DNA of 64,000 nucleotides, taken from Octopus vulgaris. Lineage: Eukaryota. The notes beneath the pieces are model-generated. The model did not search any database, was not told the origin of the DNA, and was given only the letters and a program-made list of their open reading frames with translations. Both the position numbers and the translations under genes were made by a program. The stretch is taken from positions 22,878,001 to 22,942,000 of the forward strand of contig OX597814.1 of NCBI GenBank assembly GCA_951406725.2, written 5' to 3'. Of the stretch, positions 1 to 13,795 are shown in pieces (positions within the stretch are counted from its first letter, which is position 1; every line of letters starts with the position of its first letter).

Positions 1-1190
1 AGATAGAGAGCAAAGATGATTTCAACAGGATTTGAACTCAGAGCACAGAGAGAAGTGGAATGCACACTGCAAAAGTATTCTGGTCAAATCTTCAAATAAC
101 TATACCAATTCACTGCCCTCAGGTCAAGGAATGGTCTACCAAGAACTTAATTTGTTTTCTTTTTTTTACATTGTTTATATTCTAATCATTGCATTGAGTA
201 TAAAATGTAGTACCATATAAACAAAATTTATTATAACTTTTTCTAATCATTTTCCTCAGTAAGGTACTGTGTCACTGTATAAGACTGGATTTTTCTTAAG
301 CAATAAAAGTAAGTGAAATCAAATGGCTACATTGATAACAGTCCTAAAATATCAACATTTTAGAATACCAACAGGAATTTCACACTCCATGTAAGGAAAT
401 TGTGCTTGAAATTTGTACTCAATGAATTCTGTCACTAACTTCTCTTTCATTTAATGTGATTTAACATTGCTTTCATTTAAGTTGACAGTAAATCGGCTTC
501 TCTTTCCTTCTCATACAACACTTGCCACTATTATTATCACCACCATTTCCAACACCTCCACCACTACCGTCACCATCACCACTTTATTTCTCATTCCACT
601 CTTGCTGTCTTTAAACACACATTTTATTTTTTGCTCAACTCTTTCTAGCTTCATTACAACCTCTTCTAACAAGATTCACCTGTTTCTTTCTTTGCTTATT
701 TCACTCTTTCAGAATTATTTTCTTTATTTCTCCCCTTCTGTTTTTATTTTTTATTACTCTCTTCACATCATACTTCCATTCTCTTTATTTTGTATGTTTT
801 CATTTTCTTTCTCTTTCAGATCTTCACCATTTCTTCCCCTCTTGTGTTTTATTTTTGTCTTTATTCTCTTCCACTTCTGTTACTTTTCTCTCTAGTTTTG
901 TGTTGTTGCTTGTATACTTTTTATATCTATATATTTCTTTTCTTTTTTGTATTTCTGTCTATTACATCGTTTCTTTCTGTGGCATTTTGTCTCTGTAATA
1001 TTGTTCAGTAACTTTCATTTTCTCTCTTCTTCTTTTTCTTCATTGTTAGTAGTAAAGTCAATGCAGTGATCAGAATACTGAAATTATTAGCTGCAACATC
1101 ACTGAAATCGATGTTTACTGGTAGTACACTTGACACCTGCAGTTTAGTGGTTCAAATTCCATTGATATCAGCATAGACCTTTACCATTCC

Positions 1191-1235
<45 letters not shown>

Positions 1236-1526
1236 CAAAGATTCCATTGATTAAAGTTGACTATGCATCCTCACAAGTATGTGTAGACCCAGGTAAGTTA
1301 ACTGAAGAAGACATTAAATTTCCCATGCTTACAAAACACCCCTCTCCATGATGCTGAAATTTACATAAGGAAAAGGCTACTGTCTTGGACCCAGCTAGCT
1401 TGACATTGCTATCAGCACAGAGAGCTGATTCAATATTCTTTCTTTTGGAACCATCACTGAGTAATTTATATGCATTAAATTTTTAAATGTAATGATAAAA
1501 TGTAATAATTTAAAAATTTTCACCAT

Positions 1527-1872
1527 AGGCATAGAAGTGGCTGTGTGGTAAGTAGCTTGCTTATGAACCACATGGTTCTGGGTTCAGTCCCACAGTGTGG
1601 CACCCTGGGCAAGTGTGTTCTACTATTGCCTCGGGCTGACCAAAGCCTTGTGAATGGATTTGGTAGATGGAAACTGACAGAAGCCCATCATATATATGTA
1701 TGTGTGTGTATATGTTTATGTGTCTGTGTTTGACCCCCAACATTGCTTAACAACCGATGCTGGTGTGTTTATGTCCCCATAATTTAGCAGTTTGGCAAAA
1801 AGAGACCGATAGAATAAGTACTAGGGTCGCAGTCAAATGACTCAAACAAATATAAGAGTAAAAGAGTAAAAT
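1527..1872 (+). mobile_element. tRNA-headed SINE family A (CORE-like centre, internal TA/TG tract, AAAAGAGT tail), with an internal deletion
   Basis: Head gtggctgtgtggtaagtagcttgc...ggttcagtccca has pol III A/B-box-like motifs; centre ctgggcaagtgt; about 8 similar copies in the window. Confidence 0.85.
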
Positions 1873-2079
1873 AAAATCTATTAGGAAGCGAGGCTGCACA
1901 CATTTGAGGACTGGCTACATGTAAAACCATCCCTCAAAGAACAAACAGTACAAGACACAAAACGAAGAACCATTGTGGAAAAAAGGAATATTAGAGACAT
2001 AAGCTTGTTGGTGATGTATCAGTATTGGGAAGAAAGTGGAAAGGTGTGTTTAGGCATGGTTGTAAGTACAACAGATTGA

Positions 2080-3480
2080 AGAAACAATATAGTATTGATA
2101 GAAAAAGACTGAATTTTGAAACTGAATATCTAAAACAGTGCATTTTGGTAGGGAGAGATAAAATAATGAGTTATAATCAAAAGGAAGGTGAGGCAGTTTA
2201 GGTAACATGGATAATTCCTAATCAATCAGAAGAAATTTTATTATGGAATAACTGAGAAAAATATACTCGAAAACGTTTTATGAGAAGCAGAAGAAATTCA
2301 TGTATTTTGGAGTGAGATATGGAATAAGGGCAAGAATAATAATACAGAGGCTGAATGGTTACATAATCCGAAGGGGTCTATTTCTTATCCACAACAAGGC
2401 AAAATAACAATTAAAAAAAGAAAATGCGTGACAAGTATAAAGATGAATAATTGAAAAGTAGCTGGACCTGATGGTGTTCAGGGTTATTGGACAGTGAAGC
2501 TGTTAGGGTACCATAAAAGAATAGCACAAGCTGCTTAATGCACTGATCAACGGAAATGAAGAGATTCCTGAGAGGATAACTATGGGATAAAGAATACTGT
2601 GTTTGATGGATGCTTCAAAGGAGAATGCTGTGGATAATTACAGACCCAAATCATACCCCCCTCCACCACTGATACCTGGGCATATTAGAAATGAATGAAG
2701 CGATGGAAGAAATGAATGAAAGCATTATACCAGAGTATCTCCAAAGACTTGGATTGGTGTTGCAGTCAAATGTGAATGGAAGAAATTATTTTCAATCAAT
2801 CAATACATGGACAATAGCATTATGAAAGTGCAGTGCAGTGCAGGTATTATCACTTGGATGAGTGGGGAGTTACAGATGCTAGACTGAAAATCAAGAAAAC
2901 TACTAACAGGCGATTCAAGGGTGAAATGTAAGGAAACAGAAAAGATTGAGGAATACCAGTCACTGCGAGATGAAATAGGGAAGTAATGATGATACCAGTG
3001 GTAATTGAAGCATTAGGGGCAGTTTCCAAGGGTTTTGAAAAACATATTAAGAATATTCTTTTCTACTCTAGGCACAAGGCCCGAAATTTTGGGGGTAGGG
3101 AGCCAGTCAATTAGATCTACCCCAGTGCACAACTGGTACTTAATTTATCGACTCTGAAAGGATGAAAGGCAAAGTCGACCTCAGCGGAGTTTGAACTTAG
3201 AACGTAAAGACAGACAAAATCCTGCTAAGGATTTCGCCCGGCGTGCAAATGTTTCTGCCAGCTCGCCGCCTTAAGAATATTGGAGCTGCTGTCAGGCTCA
3301 AGGTGATCCAGAGACAGCCTTGTTGGATACAGCTCTCATTCTAAGGAGAGTAATGTCTCTGAGTCACAGGAGAAGGCACTACTTGAAACCTTTGGTGATT
3401 TGTTACTGCTTGCTTTCAAGTAAAGAATAACCAGTAATTAAGAACTTTCCAAGAATCTTTCAGTATAACAACAACAATAG
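2080..3480 (+). mobile_element. Decayed R4/Dong-like RLE non-LTR retrotransposon fragment, interrupted by a SINE
   Basis: Residual peptides AGPDGVQGYW, NYRP, EKIEEYQSLRDEI, IPVVIEALGAVSKGFEKHIKNI; ends in an (ACA/ATA)n tail. Confidence 0.7.
3058..3272 (-). mobile_element. tRNA-headed SINE family B (Meta/MESC-like domain), young copy with TSD
   Basis: Minus strand reads aaggcggcgagctggcagaa...gactttgcctttcatccttt; flanked by ttaagaatatt at 3047-3057 and 3271-3281. Confidence 0.85.
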
Positions 3481-3513
3481 CGACAATAATAATGATAATA
3501 ATAATAAAATACT

Positions 3514-3850
3514 CTGATGCAATACCAAGCAATGGCTCTCATGGCTTCTGATCTTAACTGATTGGAAGTGTTATTTACTGTTTACATGTACATGTACATT
3601 GTTTTGTCTTGGTATAAAAGATGGGCTACAGCAAATATTCTGCTCACTACTACAGATTTGCTTCTCAGTTGCTTGACCTTAACCAGTTGAGCATGTCCCT
3701 TGGTGACTGATGATATGTGCATTTCTGATCATGTGCAGAAGTAGTAGGGGAGCATCATAGCCATGTGTTGAGAGGAATTCTTTGGGGTTTGAATAATTCA
3801 CCTCTGTTTCATTCAACAGCCTCACATAACCCTTAATCAGGGACCTTTTG
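3514..3850 (+). mobile_element. Partial copy of the (TAA)n-associated non-coding repeat family C
   Basis: Homologous to 41384-41985 and 42078-42679. Confidence 0.75.
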
Positions 3851-3871
3851 ATAAGGTCAACACAAAAAGAT

Positions 3872-4668
3872 AAAAGGCAATGTAGACCTTGGCAGAATTT
3901 GAACTCAGAATGTAAAGCTTGAAAAAAGGCTGCAAAATATTTTGTTCAACATGCTAATGATTCTACCAGCTCACTTTTGATGATAATTAGAATTGTTTCA
4001 AATTCTGGTGCAAGGCCAGCAATTTTAGGGGTGAGTGAGGGTCAAATACATTGATACCTGTGTTCAAATAGTACTTATTTTATTGACACCAAGAGGATGA
4101 AATTCGAAGTTGATCTCAGTGGATTTTGAACCCAGAATATAAAAGACAGACAAAACGCCACTAAAAATTTTTGCCTGGCATGCTAATGATTTTGACAGCT
4201 TGCCACCTTAAAAATAATGGTGATGATGATGATGATGATTCTAACAGTATGGTTCATATGGTAATGTGATTTGTGTGGCTCATGCCTTTCTCACAGACAT
4301 TAATAGCATAAGTGAATTGCATACAATTTAAAATTAAAATTAGCTTGTTGCAGACTCAGTTCCCCAAAGAGCTTGCCATCTATTCACTGCTTTCATATAT
4401 ATAATGTCTATGATCACAGACATAGACACAAAGCCTTGACAACAGCTAATATTAGTTTCAACTTTTTGGCACAACACCAGAAATTTCAAGAGAGGAGCTA
4501 AGTCAATTACATCAAGCCCATTGCTCAACTGGTACTTATTTTATCAACTTGAAAATGATGAAAGGCAAAGTAAACCTCACTAGAATTTGAATTCAGAATG
4601 CAAAGATGGACAAAATGCAGTTAAGCATTTTGCCTGACATGTTAACAATTCTTCCAGCTTGCCACCTT
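3872..4668 (-). mobile_element. Cluster of three decayed family B SINEs (~3872-3975, 3990-4211, 4452-4668)
   Basis: Repeated aaaggcaaagt..gacct..gaatttgaactcagaa..ctgccagct motif. Confidence 0.75.
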
Positions 4669-4693
4669 GTCAACAATTAGTATTAATGAATAA

Positions 4694-5618
4694 TACTCTT
4701 TTACTTGTTTCAGTCATTTGACTGTGGCCATGCTGGAGCACCGCCTTTAGTCGAGCAAATCAACCCCAGGACTTATTCTTTGGAAGCCTAGTACTTATTC
4801 TATCGGATCTCTTTTGCCAAACTGCTAAGTTACAGGGACGTAAACACACCACCATCAGTTGTCAAGTGATGTTGGCGGGGGGGACAAACACAGACACACA
4901 AACATACACACACACACACAAACACACACACATATATATACATATATACGACGGGCTTCTTTCAGTTTCCGTCAACGAAATCCACTCACGAGGCCTTGGT
5001 CAGCCCAAAGCTATAGTAGAAGACACTTGCCCAAGGTGCCATGCAGTGGGACTGAACCCAGAACCATGTTGTACTTATAACCATGCCTAAACACACCTTT
5101 CCACTTTCTTCCCAATACTGATACATCACCAACAAGCTTATCTATGTCTCTAATATTCCTTTTTTCCACAATGGTTCTTCGTTTTGTGTCTTGTACTGTT
5201 TGTTCTTTGAGGGATGGTTTTACATGTAGCCAGTCCTCAAATGTGTGCAGCCTCGCTTCCTAATAGATTTTATTTTACTCTTTTACTCTTATATTTGTTT
5301 GAGTCATTTGACTGCGACCCTAGTACTTATTCTATCGGTCTTTTTTTGCCAAACTGCTAAATTATGGAGACATAAACACACCAGCATCGGTTGTTAAGCA
5401 ATGTTGGGGGTCAAACACAGACACACAAACATATACACACACATACATATATATGATGGGCTTCTGTCAGTTTCCATCTACCAAATCCATTCACAAGGCT
5501 TTGGTCAGCCCGAGGCAATAGTAGAAGACACTTGCCCAAGGTGCCATGCAGTGGGACTGAACCCAGAACCATGTTGTTGGTAAGCAAGTTACTTACCACA
5601 CAGCCACTCCTGCACCTA
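4694..5618 (-). mobile_element. Family A SINE disrupted by a ~460-bp inverted templated insertion
   Basis: 4694-5072 plus ~5518-5618 form one SINE; 5067-5527 is the reverse complement of ~1618-2073. Confidence 0.85.
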
Positions 5619-7839
5619 GTGAATAAAAATTTAGTGTTTACAATTCAAAAAACCATATGAGCAGTTAGTGTATTTTCTTGATATATGCATTAACAACATT
5701 TTGTAGCAATTGAATTAGATATTATTTTGAATTCTCCCTTCCCATTGAAGGTTATTTTGAAATCCATGTTCATACATACTATTCAATTCCACTGATGAGC
5801 CCACATTCTGTGTGGGTAATAATGTGGAGAAAATTAAGAAGTTAAAGATAATGTAATTTGATTAAGAATATGCTTTTGTTATTAAATTTCTCTAGAAATT
5901 TGTTTCTTTTAATTTTGAAAATGATGAAATATTTAGTAAAATAACTTGTCATAGTAAAACTGATGATGTTTGGAGCATAATTTAACATGAAATTTTCATG
6001 GAAGGTTTTTAATTCAGATTGCTTTAAAACTTCAGTTTTACAAAATGTATCATTGAATGAGCACTGTTTTGGGTGGGTTAGTGTTAAAAGGGTTAAAATG
6101 TAAATTTAGAGATGGAATATTCTGGAAGACACAGACAAAATCTGAAGTACTAAAGTTGATATAATAATACACACTGGGATACAATAATATAGCAAGACCC
6201 TTGGTGGCTGGGGTCTCTATGAAATCTAGTGGTCACTGGGTAGGAAAAATATTTATTGAAGAATATCTTATTTATGATTGTCTATCTCACTTCAGATGTT
6301 TAATCAGAGAACAATAGGTGGGTAGTTGGCATGGTTGGAGAGGTTACACTTCATTGGGATTGATCATAATGACTGGTTATCTTTGCATGCAAGATTTGGA
6401 TTGTATTCAGATACTTTAGATGTATTGTAATATATAACTATGAAGCCCAGGCAATGAATAGATGGTATTGTTGTATCTGTTTGCACAGCTCTATTTTGGT
6501 TTATTCTGTATCCTTTAACACACTGATTTATATTTCAGGTTGACTTCTTCAAATTAGTAGAAACCATTTCTAATGACAGTATTATTAGTGTATTTACATT
6601 TCATCTAACCTTCAAACTAATTAAATTACAAAAGGTATAAGGTATTAAATGATACTTGAAGCATGCTTAATTTGCAACTTGCCTGACCTATGCTAGAATT
6701 GAAATGGAAGATTGTAAAAAGCATTATTTAACAAGTGATCTCTTAGAATGGTATGAGACTTTCTACAATCAACGCATATGGTTACTAATCACTCAATATT
6801 TATGGGTTATAAGTAAAGGTCTCTCAGTCTTTGTCGAAGCATCTATTTTCAGCTAAATTATAGCAAATAAAATGAATAATGGGAAGGAACTTTAGGCTCG
6901 AGAGAAAATCTCAATATATTGGCCTTGTCTGCCATTTTAAACTCATGGTAGAGTGTTTTACATATGCATGGTAAAGAAGGCATAAGTGTGTTCGAGGATG
7001 ACAATGATGAGGACGATGATGATGATTACGACATCTAAATTACATTATATTTCCTCACATTCCTTTTCACTGTCTACTTTTTCTAAATTATATAAAATCA
7101 CCTTTCTTACAATCTCCTCCTTTTTCTATCATAAATTCAGTTAACTATTTCAGCAACCTATCATTAATATACACCAGTAGCCTCCTACATTATTTATAAT
7201 TATTCCAGACCATTAGAGACTTTTAGAATGGCATAATGGTTCAATTCGTCATCAATTGCTTTTCTTCAAACCCAGTATATGACTACAGCTTTGCATACAA
7301 TTAATAACAGAAGTTCGCTTATCCACCAACTATAATTGTACGTTAATTCGTTTTCTCAACATTTGCATGGCAACTCCTTGCACTGCAAGATATGATTATA
7401 TTTTGATCTTACAATGAACAAGTGGGCTCTTTCCTGCCACAAATATGCTGAAAAATATTTTTTAAAAAATAGAGAACTTTAACCAAATTTAATTACATGT
7501 CATTTTCTCCCTTCATAAATTTAATTATATGCATGCTGTGTCTATATAAATAAAACAAAAGTAATGACAAGAGCAATACTGGTGATTCAGCTTCTAAACA
7601 ATATTAATAATATGTCCCATGTTTCTCTTCATAAGCATAATTACATGTCAATTCTTTTCTAAACAAATTTATTTCCGTGTGTTTCACTCAGTGTCATTCC
7701 ATTTAATTTTATTTTCTTTTTCACCTTTCATATATCAAATTATATTACAGGTTCTCTCTCTTTACATATATATTTACATGCTTGCTTTGTTTCCATGCAT
7801 TCTCCTATGCATACACACATATGCACTCACATACATATT

Positions 7840-7859
7840 CCTATTTATATATGATGATA

Positions 7860-7907
<48 letters not shown>

Positions 7908-8137
7908 TTATATATAAAGATTACATATACACTTAACTTTATATATATATATGTGCGTGTGTGTGTATGTATACAGATTATATATACACATAACTTTATA
8001 TATATGCGTGTGTGTGTGTGTATGTATATGTGTGTGTGTGTATATATATATATACATATATATAAAGATTATATATCCACATAACTTTGTACGTGTATGT
8101 GTGTGTATGAATGTATATATATAGGTGTGTGTGTATA

Positions 8138-8172
<35 letters not shown>

Positions 8173-8180
8173 GTGTATAT
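7840..8180. repeat. Compound (TA)n/(TG)n/(TATG)n microsatellite field
   Basis: Direct inspection; includes three copies of the spacer agatta(c/t)atat. Confidence 0.9.
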
Positions 8181-8187
8181 AGGATGT

Positions 8188-8352
8188 AGGCATAAGCATG
8201 GCTATATGTATAAGAAGCTTGCTTCCAAACTACATGGTTTTGAGTTCTATCCTATTGTATGGCACCTTAGGCAAGTATATTCTATTATACAACTGGGCTG
8301 AGAAAAAGCCTTGTGAGTCGATTTCATACATGGAAAACGAAAGACCATTATT

Positions 8353-8385
<33 letters not shown>

Positions 8386-8400
8386 ATGTTTGTGTATGCT
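8188..8400 (+). mobile_element. Older diverged family A-related SINE (5' part)
   Basis: aagaagcttgcttcc...ggcaccttaggcaagt...gccttgtgagt followed by (TG)n. Confidence 0.65.
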
Positions 8401-9039
8401 AGTACTTCTCTCAATACTGTACGCTACGTGTCGTAATATCATTTGTTTGTAAGGCAACTATGCATCTTCAAAGACATATGACATAAGAGACCTCTTACTT
8501 GCAAATAAAAACAGATAACAGTTACCTAGGAAGGGTTGTTGTTGTTTGTTCTTTCCCGAGCCACGTCCTTCTCCAATATCTCAGAGAGACGAAATGCTAG
8601 AATCCTGGCTACGCTTGTATGGCTGACAGAGGAAAGTGAAATAAAAAGAGAAAGCTATTAGAGGAGTACAAGTCTTATTTAAATGGCAGCAAAAAATCTA
8701 GATTCTATGTAGCCAAGAAAAGAGCCATATCAAAAATTCTTAGCACTTGGGCATCAACCTAGACTACAGAAATGAGATATTTAACCCTTCCCCATATGAA
8801 AGAAGGTATACATTTAATCATACCTACTAGCCCCACCTTCAGCCATCCCACCATTATATCCTGAGTACCCAGCAAAGAGTTTAACTAAAAATTGAAAACA
8901 ACACAAACACACAAATATGCACCCAAGCAAATGCTTAAGCCAATACTTAACAGCTCAATACACTCCAAAAGCCCTACACCTATAAAATCCAACACACATT
9001 CAAACCTTACATAAATCCCAGCCCTTAATCCTTGCACAC

Positions 9040-9425
9040 ATCATCATCATCATCATCATCGTTTAGCGTCCGTTTTCCATGCTAGCATGGGTTGGACGGT
9101 TCTACTGGGGTCTGTGAAGCCAGAAGGCTTCATCAGGCCCAGTCAAATCTGGCAGTGTTTCTATGGCTGGATGCCCTTCCTAACGCCAACCACTCCGTGA
9201 GTGTAGTGGGTGCTTTTTACGTGCCACCCGCACAGGTGCCAGACAGAGCTGGCAAACGGCCACGAACGGATGGTGCTTTTTATGTGCCACCGGCACAAGG
9301 GCCAGGCGAGGCTGGCAACGGACACGAAACGGGGCGGTGCTGGCAACGGTCGCGAAACGGAAGGTTCTCTTACATGCCACTGGCACTGGTAACACATCTG
9401 CAATTTCCATTGATCGATTTCCATT
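9040..9425 (-). mobile_element. 3' end or non-autonomous derivative of the RTE LINE, with (ATG)n tail
   Basis: Reverse complement of the 3' UTR at ~61240-61583. Confidence 0.85.
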
Positions 9426-9733
9426 CTGATCCATTTCAAGAAAAGCTATGCAGTTTGACACTGTAAACTTTTGGGCCAAGGGACATAATCTTCAAAAGTT
9501 AGTTTCTTTGAGACTAGATTTTTCTTATCTGTTTTCACAGCACCCAAAACTGGATGTAATTTTTTGCTTTTAATAACAGAGATCAGTTGTCATATTTTTT
9601 CTATATCAGCTAGCTCTGAGGAGCTCACAGTATTATTAAACATGCTGTTATCTAGCATCCAATTTTAATATACAGTGCACAAGTAATTGATAAAATCGAC
9701 AGCAATAGTTATATTATACTTTACTGCACGATT

Positions 9734-9767
<34 letters not shown>

Positions 9768-9772
<5 letters not shown>

Positions 9773-10142
9773 TACTTGTTTCAGTCATTTGACTGCAGCC
9801 TTGCTGGAGCACTGCCTTTTAGTCTAGCAAATCGACCCCGAGACTTATTCTTTGTAAGCCCAGTACTTATTTTATCGGTCTCTTTTGCCAAATCGCCAAG
9901 TTACAGGAACATAAACACACCAGTATCGATTGTCAAGCAATGTTGGGGGCCAAACACAGACACACACACACATATATACATATACATATATACAACGGGC
10001 TTCTTTCAGTTTCCATCTACCAAATCCACTCACAAGGATTTGGTCGGCCCGAGGCTATAGTAGAAGACACTTGCCCAAGGTGCCACACAGTGGAACTGAA
10101 CCTGGAACCATGTGGTTGGTAAGCAAGCTACTTACCACACAG
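9768..10142 (-). mobile_element. Family A SINE
   Basis: Nearly full-length match to 21321-21752 in reverse. Confidence 0.85.
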
Positions 10143-10224
10143 ACAGATATATATGTATATATAAGTTTCAGCTGTTTTCAACACAAGTAACTATATCACA
10201 AAATCTCTCAATATTTCCCCGTAT

Positions 10225-10435
10225 TGGATTCAAATTTCAGCACAAGGCCAACAATTTTGGGTGTCAGAGTAAGTTGATTACATCACTCCAGTGTTCAAGT
10301 GGGACTTATTTTATAGACTCCAAAATGATAGAAAACAAAATCTACCTTGGTGGAACTTGAATGCAATATGTAAACACAAACAAAATAATGCTAAGAATTT
10401 TGCCTAGTATGCTAACATTTCTGCCAGCTTACTGC
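10225..10435 (-). mobile_element. Decayed family B SINE
   Basis: gcacaaggcc..aattttggg..acttattttat..ctgccagct. Confidence 0.65.
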
Positions 10436-10451
10436 ATTTCTCTTTCAGTAA

Positions 10452-10806
10452 ATCATCATCATTATCATCATCGTTTAACGTCCGCTTTCCATGCTAGCAT
10501 GGGTTGGACGATTTGACTGAGGTCTGGCGTACCAGATGGCTGCACCAGGCTTCAATCTTGATCTGGCAGAGTTTCTACAGCTGGATGCCCTTCCTTGCGC
10601 CAACCACTCCGAGAGTGTAGTGGGTGCTTTTTACGTGCAACCAGCATGGGGGCCAGTCAGGTGGCGCTGGCAACGGCCATGCTCAAATGGTGCTTTTTAT
10701 ATGCTACCTGCACAGGAGCTAGTCCAGCAGCACTGGCAACAACCTCGCTTCGAATGTTTTGTTTCACGTGCCACCAGCACAAGTGCTAGTAAGGTGATGC
10801 TGGTAA
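10452..10806 (-). mobile_element. RTE 3'-derived short element
   Basis: (CAT)n then gtttaacgtccgctttccatgctagcatgggttggacg. Confidence 0.85.
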
Positions 10807-11282
10807 ATATTAAACGTAATTGTTTAAGGAACAAAAATAATGCAGCCTTTTTATTTTGCCAAGTTCTTTATTAAAATAAAATTATTCTAGTCATAATCTG
10901 TAAAATATTCAGGTAAAATAATCTCGTCCATGAGATATTATTCTGTTCAATCATGGTCATTAGTTCAAATGTAATGCAATACTTCTGTTGCATTTCTTGG
11001 CAGAACATTTTATTCTCCATTGCTTCAAATCAGCAAGCTGCCAGAAATGAGTACCAAACTCTCTGTGGAAATGTCAGTTGTGATGCTTTGCCATTAATAC
11101 ATGTATCTGTTTTCCAGTATTATGCTCAAAGTTATGTTCTTGTTTGTATTTCATATCGATCTTTCTGTATTCAACTGAATCAATTTTGTAAGATCATGGT
11201 CAAATATATGTCCTTACTTATGTCTCACAACTCTTTCCTCCTTCATATTCATGTATATCATTCTTCATTTATTGATACTCTT

Positions 11283-11694
11283 TTTTTATCTTTTACTCTT
11301 TTACTTGTTTCAGTCATTTGACTGTGGTCATACTGGAGCACCACCTTTAGTCGAACAAATCGACACCAAGACTTACTCTTTGTAAGACTAGTACTTATTC
11401 TATTGGTCTCTTTTATCGAACCGCTAAGTTACGGGGATGTAAACACACCAGCATCAGTTGTCAAGTGATGTTGGGAGGACAGACATAGACACACAAACAT
11501 ACACACACACACACACACACACATATATATGATGAGCTTCTTTCAGTTCCCATCTACCAAATCCACTCACAAGGCTTTGGTCGGCCTGAGGCTATAGTAG
11601 TAGTCACTTGCCCAAGATGCTACGCAGTGGGACTGAACCCGGAACCATGTGGCTGGTAAGCAAGCTACTTACCACACAGCCACTCCTACGCCTA
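11283..11694 (-). mobile_element. Family A SINE, full length
   Basis: Runs from tail ttttactctt to head cacagccactcctacgcct. Confidence 0.88.
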
Positions 11695-12309
11695 TGATAG
11701 TCAATGTAATATTCTGATGACTAGATTAATTTTTACTTTTTAACTCGCTACTATTATTTTTAGATAAGTCATGCAATATAATTTACAAACCCACATTAGA
11801 AATAGCATTTAGATATGAATACATGCACCAGCCACACTCTTCTGTATTTTCCCTGTCAAACAACCTGTAGTAGGTTGTTGTCTGTAGCTAAAATAGTTGA
11901 ATGATATAATCTTGCAAGAAGTGTTATAGAGTAATCTCCCTTCAGTAAGTTTCTCGGAAGATTATATTTCATGAGAAGTAATTCTTAATTATTCAAGAAG
12001 CTTTACGTTTCTCTTGGAAGTTTCTAGAATGTCTAGCTTTCCATTAATAAAAACAGTTTACTTATCCTGCTCTTTGCTTCTTTGTTGATTAGACGTCGTT
12101 GCTATGTCTATCTATTTCTCTATGCCACATTACTAAAAACCACTATTTAGCTGTTATTTCTACATTTCTGAACTTTCTTGCTTAGATTATTTCATTCAAT
12201 TAGTTTCTACATTTTGATTATGTTTCATCGACAACCAGTGAATAAAATACATTTTATGTAATAAATATATAGTTCCTAAATTTATTCTTCTCTGTAAGAA
12301 TTCTTCTAA

Positions 12310-12726
12310 TAGGAGTGGCTGTGTGGTAAGTAGCTTGCTTACTGGCCACATAGTTCCGGGTTCAGTCCCACTACATGGCACCTTGGGCAAGTGTCTTCTA
12401 CTATAGCCTCGGGCCGACCAAAGCCTTGTGAGTGGATTTGGTAGATGGAAACTGAAAGAAGCCTGTCGTATATATGTATATATATATATGTGTGTGTGGG
12501 TATATGTTTGTGTGTCTGTGTTTGTCCCCCAACATCGCTTGACAACTGCTCCTGGTGTGTTTACGTCCCCGTAACTTAGTAATTCAGCAAAAGAGACTGA
12601 TAGAATAAGTACTGGGCTTCCAAAGAATAAGTCCTGGGGTCGATTTGCTCGACTAAAGGAGGTGCTCCAGCATGGCCGCAGTCAAATGACTGAAACAAGC
12701 AAAAGAGTAAAGAGAGTAAAGAGTAA
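12310..12726 (+). mobile_element. Family A SINE, nearly full length
   Basis: ggagtggctgtgtggtaag...gactgaaacaagcaaaagagtaa. Confidence 0.88.
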
Positions 12727-13795
12727 TAAGATAAATGCAGCGTTTCTAAACATATACTAACGCTACAAACCGAACTCAGTCTATGTTAGTTTTGAAATAT
12801 ACCAAGAAGCTTACTTTTAAAAAAAATGCTTAAAAGTATATTGGTCAGGTTTAGATCTCATTTGATTTGGATGTAAATCTGTTTGGATCTTATGTGTGAA
12901 TAGAATTGCTTGTAATTTGATTCAGAACATCACCATAAAGTAGTTTTCATATCACATATATTCATTCTCGTCTTGTACTCCATAAAATTTGACATAAAAT
13001 CTTTTTGAATGATATAGGTATGAAGTGTAAACATAACGGTACATTCTTGGATTGCTTTTATCCTCTCTCTAAAGGGATATTGGTGAAGAAGATTTTTGAT
13101 AAATGGGATGCATTTCTCTTTTATATGCAAATAATGCTTGATATCAAGCAATATACCATTACATATAATCTATGGCACCACACTTCTATGCATTTTATAG
13201 ATTGTAAGCACTTCATAATAACACACTTGATTCTATTACAAGAGGCTGAAAGCTATATGTCATCATAAGTTCTCATATCTTTAATGCCAGAAAACACAGC
13301 GTAAGCTGTAATAAAGAATTAAATGGAAGTTATTGAAGGAAAGAATCAGACTGAAAGAATGGTGACTTTTTATTGATTTGATTTTTGGTAAGCAGAAGGC
13401 CACTTTTCAAAACAGTAGATATAGTTAATTATTCACAGTATATTACTGGTATTATTTTATCAATCCCAGATCAGATAATTGAAAACTGGAAATCAATCCA
13501 CAAATGTTTAGCTTCAGAAGGCATTCAGATAAAAATAGTTTCTCTAAACTGTCCTTACACCTTTGTTGCTTCGTTTCCCATCCTTATGGTGGTTGCACGT
13601 TGAATTGATTATCACATTATAATGTGTGTGAGTGAAGAGATTCATGAATATGTTAGAGGGTTCAGAGCCGTTTTGGGGGTCTCTACAAGAGGTATGAGGA
13701 AGGAAAAAGAGAGAGGATGCTACTCTCAGACTGGAGATCTGGCCCAGAAGCTTAACACAAAGTCAACTTTGTTGAATTCTATTCACACATAGAAA

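Noticed and set aside
467-1011. Hydrophobic 142-aa and 73-aa ORFs
   Set aside because: T/C-rich low-complexity DNA with non-ATG starts and no domain
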